Positions 58,429 through 64,000 of a stretch of 64,000 nt of DNA are shown here, piece by piece. Below the pieces are notes generated by a model. The model had not been told where the DNA came from and did no database searches. It was given only the letters and a program-made list of their open reading frames with translations. How positions within the stretch are numbered: the first letter of the stretch is position 1; each line of letters begins with the position of its first letter. Origin of the DNA: Candidatus Thorarchaeota archaeon (lineage in GTDB: Archaea; Asgardarchaeota; Thorarchaeia; Thorarchaeales; Thorarchaeaceae); contig JBHLQH010000004.1 of assembly GCA_048884965.1 (NCBI GenBank), forward strand, positions 96,001-160,000, written 5' to 3'. Made by a program: the position numbers and the translations under genes.

Positions 58429-59592
58429 GTGTCAATGGGAGTTCGTATAGAGTACACAATACGAGATGGTAGCGAAAGGCATTTCGATGTGAGTGCATTC
58501 ACAACGGAGGTGCGCATGGGATACCTTGGTATTGCCGAAACCTCACTAGCACCGCTCTCATCACTAAGACGTCTAAGAATACTTACACTTCAATACAATC
58601 ACATTGAATCAATTGACCTTTCACCTCTGGCCTCGTGTAAGGAACTGAGGGAGATCTATCTTCGAGGAAATCTGTTGAAGAGTATAGATCTGAACCCACT
58701 GTGTACATTACGCCATCTCACTTCCCTTTATCTTAATAGTAATCGATTGGTAGAGCTCGATCTTTCACCTTTGAGCGCATGTCATCTCCTGGCAAAGCTC
58801 GATCTCTCGAAGAATGAAATATACTCCATTGATCTAACACCTCTCTATAATTCACCGTCCGCACATGTGGAAATCGATAAAGATGTGAAAGCAACAACTC
58901 TGGTCAGTAAAGCGTCATATGAGATGGCTACATGTAAATCCCTTCTTGATGCGACGACTCAATTTGATGTGCCAACCCGAATATCAGACTACAGCTGGAT
59001 AGGACAACTTTACTCAACCCTTAGAAAAGGAGAGCCGCTTTGGAAGAAGTACCATATCCTCTGTGAAGCTCTAAGAAATCTCGATTTGGACTGGATAGGA
59101 ATCCCAGAGGTTGATATCGATAAGACTCTGAGGTTTATCAAGAGGACCAGCAATAGATCAAAAGCATCCCGAAGACTGCGTAAGATGTTGGTTGCGCAAG
59201 TTTGCAAACAAATCGACAAGGGAAAATCCTGTCCTCTTCTCAATATCGAAGAAGCCAAGCAAGAACCAGATTTGGTGATGCGTTTACAAACCATTATCGA
59301 TGGAAGGACACGAGAAATCGAAAGGGTTGTGATCCCCGAGTCAAAGGGCATCTATGACCTCAGACCATTATGGATAACTGCATATGGTAATGAAATACTC
59401 GATTCGATGAAGGTTGGAATATCCTGTAATCAAGAAGACTATGAGCGAGTTACAGCCACGTTCCATGATCTAGGGTTTGATCTGAAGACATCTACTGCGG
59501 AAAAGTTCAGATATTCAAAGACTGTTTCCTTAGGACTTCAAGAGTATATCTGGAATCTTGCCGAGTTCAGATCCCCATTTTTGGCGTCTTGA
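58429..59592 (+). CDS. Leucine-rich repeat protein
   Basis: About 5 repeats of LxxLxLxxNxIxSIDLSPL. Confidence 0.88.
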   Translation: MSMGVRIEYTIRDGSERHFDVSAFTTEVRMGYLGIAETSLAPLSSLRRLRILTLQYNHIESIDLSPLASCKELREIYLRGNLLKSIDLNPLCTLRHLTSLYLNSNRLVELDLSPLSACHLLAKLDLSKNEIYSIDLTPLYNSPSAHVEIDKDVKATTLVSKASYEMATCKSLLDATTQFDVPTRISDYSWIGQLYSTLRKGEPLWKKYHILCEALRNLDLDWIGIPEVDIDKTLRFIKRTSNRSKASRRLRKMLVAQVCKQIDKGKSCPLLNIEEAKQEPDLVMRLQTIIDGRTREIERVVIPESKGIYDLRPLWITAYGNEILDSMKVGISCNQEDYERVTATFHDLGFDLKTSTAEKFRYSKTVSLGLQEYIWNLAEFRSPFLAS

Positions 59593-59631
59593 TGAAATTC
59601 CAAAGTCTTGCTCCTGTGAATAGTACCTAGT

Positions 59632-59817
59632 CTAATTCCTCTCAGAAGCAGGTTTTCCACCCATACCCCAGTGGGATTTTGGCGTTTCATGAATCACAAC
59701 ATGTACAGCTTCTTTAGGTATTTCCATATCCACAAAGACCTTGGTGATTCCTTCCAAGACTTGCTTTGCCTTCTCTTTTCCAAATCCTTCCCAAACATGA
59801 ACATGTATAATTGGCAT
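59632..59817 (-). CDS. 4-oxalocrotonate tautomerase-family protein
   Basis: N-terminal M-Pro (MPIIHV), IPKEAVHVVIHETPKSHWGMGG. Confidence 0.92.
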   Translation of the reverse strand: MPIIHVHVWEGFGKEKAKQVLEGITKVFVDMEIPKEAVHVVIHETPKSHWGMGGKPASERN

Positions 59818-59865
59818 TATTATCAAATGAGTACTAGCGAATCATTTCAGATATAGCTAGCGAAG

Positions 59866-60390
59866 TCACCAAGTATCATAGTGAACGATTGATTCGTCGT
59901 ACCTATCTTCAGATGGCTTCTCCTCAGCAGGATGTCCGATGGGAACAACGGCAAGTGGTACGATGCCTTCAGGCATCCCAAAGAACTCCTGTACCATCCG
60001 TACTCTTTCTTCAATGGGATAAATCTCAAGCCAGAGACCTCCAAGTCCTAGTCCATGAATTGCGAGGAGCATATTGAGTGTCGCATTTGCGCAGTCCATC
60101 TGCCAACGAGCTTCCCACTTCTCGCGGCTCTTGTCGTGACAGACAATTACTGCAACAGGAACATCGCGGAGCATGGTGGCATACGGATATGCTTCGATGA
60201 GTTTCTCCATCTGCTCGCGGTCCCTAACAACTACAAACTGCCACTGTCGTTGATTCCCAGAAGTTGGTGCGCTCATACCTGCTTTGAGTATCTTTTGCAC
60301 AATTTCTGGTGAAACATCGCCCATTGTATATTTCCGAATACTACGTCTTGTATATAATGCTTCAAGAATATCCATAGCATTGGGGCTCAC
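59866..60390 (-). CDS. Nitroreductase-family protein
   Basis: RRSIRKY, APTSGNQRQWQF, NMLLAIHGLGLG, IGHP. Confidence 0.95.
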   Translation of the reverse strand: MSPNAMDILEALYTRRSIRKYTMGDVSPEIVQKILKAGMSAPTSGNQRQWQFVVVRDREQMEKLIEAYPYATMLRDVPVAVIVCHDKSREKWEARWQMDCANATLNMLLAIHGLGLGGLWLEIYPIEERVRMVQEFFGMPEGIVPLAVVPIGHPAEEKPSEDRYDESIVHYDTW

Positions 60391-60485
60391 TATCCTTTCT
60401 TATAAGACACATTTTCTTAGCAAAGCAACAATGTTGCGTTCTTCTTGCAGGTATATATACAGATGAAATTCATACTTCTATAGAG

Positions 60486-61271
60486 TTGAAGGTGAAACCC
60501 ATGTCAACCACACCGAATATAGACCTAGCTCGAGAACTACTTGCAAATCCTAAGTTTCCTCGTACAATGACATACGACCCTGAATGGATTGTAGAACAGG
60601 ACATGGGTTGCCCAACACTATGGCTGCTTGAGCGACTATGTGAGAGAATGCGACTAGAACCGAATATGCGAGTATTGGATCTAGGCTGTGGAAAAGCAGC
60701 TGGTTCCATCTTTCTTGCCAAAGAGTACGATGTGGAAGTGTGGGCGGTTGACATTGGTGTAAGTCAGACCGAGAATTTGGAAAGAATAAAACAGATGGGG
60801 CTAGAGTCATTAGTATTCCCTTTGAGGACTGATGCTCGCGAACTGCCATTTCCAAAGGACTTCTTTGATGCGATAATATGTGTGAACTCTCTCTTCTTCT
60901 TCGCAACAGACGACATATATCTCCGGCACCATCTACTTCCAAGAGTCAAGATAGGCGGTCAGATAGGTAGCGTTGTGCCAGGATTCTACCACGAATTCGA
61001 AGGAGATGTACCGGATTGTATTCCTGAACATTTGAGGAGATATTGGGAATCATGTATGTTGTATACATGGCATTCGGCAGAATGGTGGAGGAAGCACTGG
61101 CTTAAAACTAGTTCAGTGGAGATTGAACTCGCAGATAATTTCCCAGATAAGGAAGGCTATCAGACGTACTTGGAGTGGGAAAGAATTATTGGATATCCTC
61201 AAAAGATCGCAGAGGAAGATGCTGGTAGAAATATCACATTCTCACGCCTAGTGGTTCAAAGAACAAAGTGA
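60486..61271 (+). CDS. Class I SAM-dependent methyltransferase
   Basis: VLDLGCG, WAVD, DARELPF..FFDAI. Confidence 0.92.
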   Translation: MKVKPMSTTPNIDLARELLANPKFPRTMTYDPEWIVEQDMGCPTLWLLERLCERMRLEPNMRVLDLGCGKAAGSIFLAKEYDVEVWAVDIGVSQTENLERIKQMGLESLVFPLRTDARELPFPKDFFDAIICVNSLFFFATDDIYLRHHLLPRVKIGGQIGSVVPGFYHEFEGDVPDCIPEHLRRYWESCMLYTWHSAEWWRKHWLKTSSVEIELADNFPDKEGYQTYLEWERIIGYPQKIAEEDAGRNITFSRLVVQRTK

Positions 61272-61274
61272 TCT

Positions 61275-61493
61275 CTATGCGGCTTCCATGAAAGCATCAA
61301 TGACACTCTCGATGAACAGGATATCCTCATTCAGAGACGAGTAGTCGCTTATTCTAATGAGATTCAAGACGTCCTCTCTAGTCTTCGGGTCAATCCCAAG
61401 ATCCATACTAAGAGATAGAAGCTTTGCTACTTCTAGTTGAACACAAAGCGCACATGATTCATACCCTATGGAACTCACTTCGAACCCCTTCAT
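61275..61493 (-). CDS. Small hypothetical protein
   Basis: 72-aa ORF filling the gap between genes; contains CALC; no recognised family. Confidence 0.35.
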   Translation of the reverse strand: MKGFEVSSIGYESCALCVQLEVAKLLSLSMDLGIDPKTREDVLNLIRISDYSSLNEDILFIESVIDAFMEAA

Positions 61494-61573
61494 TTCTATC
61501 TCAGTTCGTCACGCCAAATAAAACACCGACATTAAAATATTCCGAAATTTCTGAAATCAAGTTTCAATTCATT

Positions 61574-63040
61574 TTACTTGGCCTTTGGCATCTTGATGTA
61601 GACAATCGTCCCTTTGGCATGGCCGTTAGGCGTACCTGATATATTCTCGATCCAAATCTCTGCATTGAATCGTAGGAGAATGGATTTGACAATCGAAAGA
61701 CCAAGACCTCGTTGACCCTCTGGTTTTACTGAAGCAAGCACAATGGTCTTTATCTCATCAGGAATTCCAGGACCTCTATCTGCTATTCCAAAGATATAGA
61801 AGTTCTCCATTTCTTGCAGGCTTAGATCTATTTCCACATGATCTTCTCTCTCATTTCTATGTTTTATTGAGTTCGAGAGGATATTATACAATACATCTAC
61901 AAGCAACGGATGCATCAGCACATTGATGTTCTCGATTGAATTCCTGTTGTTCACTTTGAGAGCAACTGTTGCGTAAGTGCGCTGTGTGCGTTCCAAGGCT
62001 TTATCGAATTTTGTGGCCAAAGATACCGGTACAGCTTTCATGGATTCTTCCTGAACTTGGTTCAAACTTAGCACATTCCGAACTAAATCGGTCGATTCCC
62101 ATACCACTTGCTTGGCACTCTTAATGATATGGAGCGACTTCTCATCGATATTTGGATTCTGCATTTCTATTAGTTCAAGATAAGTCTGAAGACTTTGATT
62201 ATGATTAGTGATATCATGACTAAGCAGACTCAGGAGTAGGTGAATCATTTTTCGGTCCTCCTCGGATCTACGAAGTGCATCAACAACCTCTCTCTTTGGC
62301 AGACTGAATAGATCTGAAAGCGATAATCGAGGACCATCCATCGTCATCGTGAACTTCGGTTTCAGTATGAATATCGCGATCAACATTGTAATGCTGAATA
62401 GGAAACCTAGGAAGAGCTTGTTCAAAATTGATGCAATTCCTTGTACTACAGAGATTGACTGAGTTGCTGGAAATGCTAGCAATGGAAAGAGGATGCCATC
62501 TGCCAATAGCGTCAAGATATAGGTGATAATCACTAGGACGGATGGTGGCGTTTTGGGAAATCGAGTAGATAGTCTTTCGAGTACATACACCATTGCTAGT
62601 AGTTCGACCAAAGCAAGTAGATTGCCAATAATGAAGATCCAGAAACTTGTCTGGAATATCTCACTCGGAATCATGAGGGGATTGATTGATACAGTACTTT
62701 CGAGAGTGAAATAGATTAGAGGATAGACAAGGAGGAATACAATCTGAATCGCGATGAGACCATACACAACCATCTTTGTCAGTTCAGGATCGCGTTCCAT
62801 TATGTATAGAAGCATGATAGACCAGATGACCGCTGCATAGACGATATTTCCTCCACCTACTTGAATTCCAAATCCAAGATCAATGACATAGAAACTGCTC
62901 ATTATCGATACATACACCTGAAGGATTCCAAGAAACATGTAGAATGGTATGAGTGAAAGATGACCTCTCATAGCATAAAGGAAGACTCCAATTGAAGAAT
63001 AGATTATGACATGCAAAATGAGAAATCCAAAACCGAGCAT
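61574..63040 (-). CDS. Membrane histidine kinase with a VUT/YhhQ-like 7-TM input domain
   Basis: LLSHDITN H-box, NILSNSIKH, DRGPGIP, GLGL; hydrophobic N-terminal ~240 aa; start 63040 or 63073. Confidence 0.88.
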   Translation of the reverse strand: MLGFGFLILHVIIYSSIGVFLYAMRGHLSLIPFYMFLGILQVYVSIMSSFYVIDLGFGIQVGGGNIVYAAVIWSIMLLYIMERDPELTKMVVYGLIAIQIVFLLVYPLIYFTLESTVSINPLMIPSEIFQTSFWIFIIGNLLALVELLAMVYVLERLSTRFPKTPPSVLVIITYILTLLADGILFPLLAFPATQSISVVQGIASILNKLFLGFLFSITMLIAIFILKPKFTMTMDGPRLSLSDLFSLPKREVVDALRRSEEDRKMIHLLLSLLSHDITNHNQSLQTYLELIEMQNPNIDEKSLHIIKSAKQVVWESTDLVRNVLSLNQVQEESMKAVPVSLATKFDKALERTQRTYATVALKVNNRNSIENINVLMHPLLVDVLYNILSNSIKHRNEREDHVEIDLSLQEMENFYIFGIADRGPGIPDEIKTIVLASVKPEGQRGLGLSIVKSILLRFNAEIWIENISGTPNGHAKGTIVYIKMPKAK

Positions 63041-63197
63041 GTGGTTCACTTCAGAGTATAAATTGCTCCCCAAATCGTCTAGATTATCCTATTTAGATTA
63101 TAGATATAACCAACTTCAAGAGTATACCAATTTCTCGACGAAATTTGCATTGAAGGATAGGCTAATGATATTCACCTCACAGGGATACTTGATTACA

Positions 63198-63449
63198 ATG
63201 TCCGAAGAGAATACCTCAACAGGATACCAACCTAGGACCAAGCCATTCTATACATTCCCGCAGTACGCGGCAATAACATTCATCCTCTCACCAATTCTGG
63301 GATATTTGTTAGCGTACTATGGCTTCATACCATTCGATCCTCTCTATACAGCACTTGCTGCACTGGCGTTCTGCTTCGTCTATGTGGGTTATCGAGGATA
63401 CTATTGGAAAATATACAGAAAGGATGAAAGGCAACCATCTGAAGATTGA
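63198..63449 (+). CDS. Small 2-TM membrane protein
   Basis: MSEENTSTG..., two hydrophobic helices. Confidence 0.6.
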   Translation: MSEENTSTGYQPRTKPFYTFPQYAAITFILSPILGYLLAYYGFIPFDPLYTALAALAFCFVYVGYRGYYWKIYRKDERQPSED

Positions 63450-63540
63450 TAGCCTTCTAGGAAAGATTGTTTCTCGCAGAAACCTGATTGAATTTCAAAA
63501 ATAATGGAACCTCAGACACTTGGTCCGAGGCTTCTTAGTT

Positions 63541-63783
63541 TCACTTGCCCTTCCATGCTGGCATCTGAGACATATATTCATCTGTCTTGACTTCTGCTGA
63601 GGAACGATCTAGATTCTCACGGGACATCCAGAAATTCACCATGTTCTCACGTACAACATTTCGAGGCTTGAGGCTGCCATCCTCGGTGCTGCAATACACA
63701 CAGCTCTTGTTGTCCGTATTCTTTCCACCAAAATCCTCGGGTTTGGTCATTCCCATTCCACACGATATGCAATGCTTTGCCAT
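63541..63783 (-). CDS. Putative zinc-ribbon protein (CxxCGM..CxYC type)
   Basis: CISCGM...CVYC...MPAWK. Confidence 0.82.
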   Translation of the reverse strand: MAKHCISCGMGMTKPEDFGGKNTDNKSCVYCSTEDGSLKPRNVVRENMVNFWMSRENLDRSSAEVKTDEYMSQMPAWKGK

Positions 63784-63870
63784 ATGCTTTCACTAAAACC
63801 TCCTACAGCGTAATAGGAATATAAAATACTATTCAGTAAGTTCTATAGGCAGTTTTACCAATAGCTCATT

Positions 63871-64000
63871 ATGCCTTCTCGTGAAAGAGTAAGAAACCTC
63901 ATCATGTTGATGCTAGATAGACATCCAATCCATGGATATGAGATTAGACGTCAACTTGTTCCCTTGGCTGGGGATATAGAAGTCACAACATTGTATCGAT
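63871..64000 (+). CDS. PadR-family transcriptional regulator (5' part, truncated by the window edge)
   Basis: Own translation: MPSRERVRNLIMLMLDRHPIHGYEIRRQLVPLAGDIEVTTLYR (HGYEI..TLYR). Confidence 0.8.
   Translation, partial: MPSRERVRNLIMLMLDRHPIHGYEIRRQLVPLAGDIEVTTLYR

Noticed and set aside
1-64000. Mobile elements, prophage, tRNA/rRNA
   Set aside because: No transposase, integrase or phage genes, terminal repeats or cloverleaf/rRNA-like segments were seen by eye; a covariance-model search would be needed to exclude small RNAs.

Overview
Gene-dense, moderately AT-rich prokaryotic chromosome segment of about 52 CDS. I found no rRNA, tRNA, CRISPR array, integrase or transposase. Gene content suggests an Asgard archaeon, probably Thorarchaeia-like (inference): a Rab-like small GTPase with no prenylation motif, a 'SIDLSPL'-type LRR protein, tandem ~1000-aa FtsX-like permeases, orphan multi-PAS histidine kinases, C-terminally anchored sequon-rich surface proteins, TATA-like promoters and SD motifs. 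The best candidate for an undescribed system is a tightly coupled minus-strand operon at 1125-6635: wHTH-GyrI-like sensor/regulator -> YgxA-like nucleotidyltransferase -> full-length UvrA (no uvrB/uvrC in the window) -> GNAT acetyltransferase fused to an SSB/RPA-type OB fold. It is preceded by a DinB-superfamily gene and looks like an inducible genotoxin-resistance or DNA-repair module. Other notable items: an M48/HtpX protease with an inserted EF-hand; a histidine kinase whose sensor resembles a VUT/YhhQ transporter; an ACP-less acyl-CoA ligase-FabH-like-MaoC operon flanked by PAS kinases; Fpg/Nei and FdhD homologues lacking catalytic residues; a WP-repeat membrane protein; three operator-like repeat arrays; recurrent hairpin+T-tract 3' elements; and likely CTG/ATA starts. 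All family assignments come from motif recognition by eye, not database searches.
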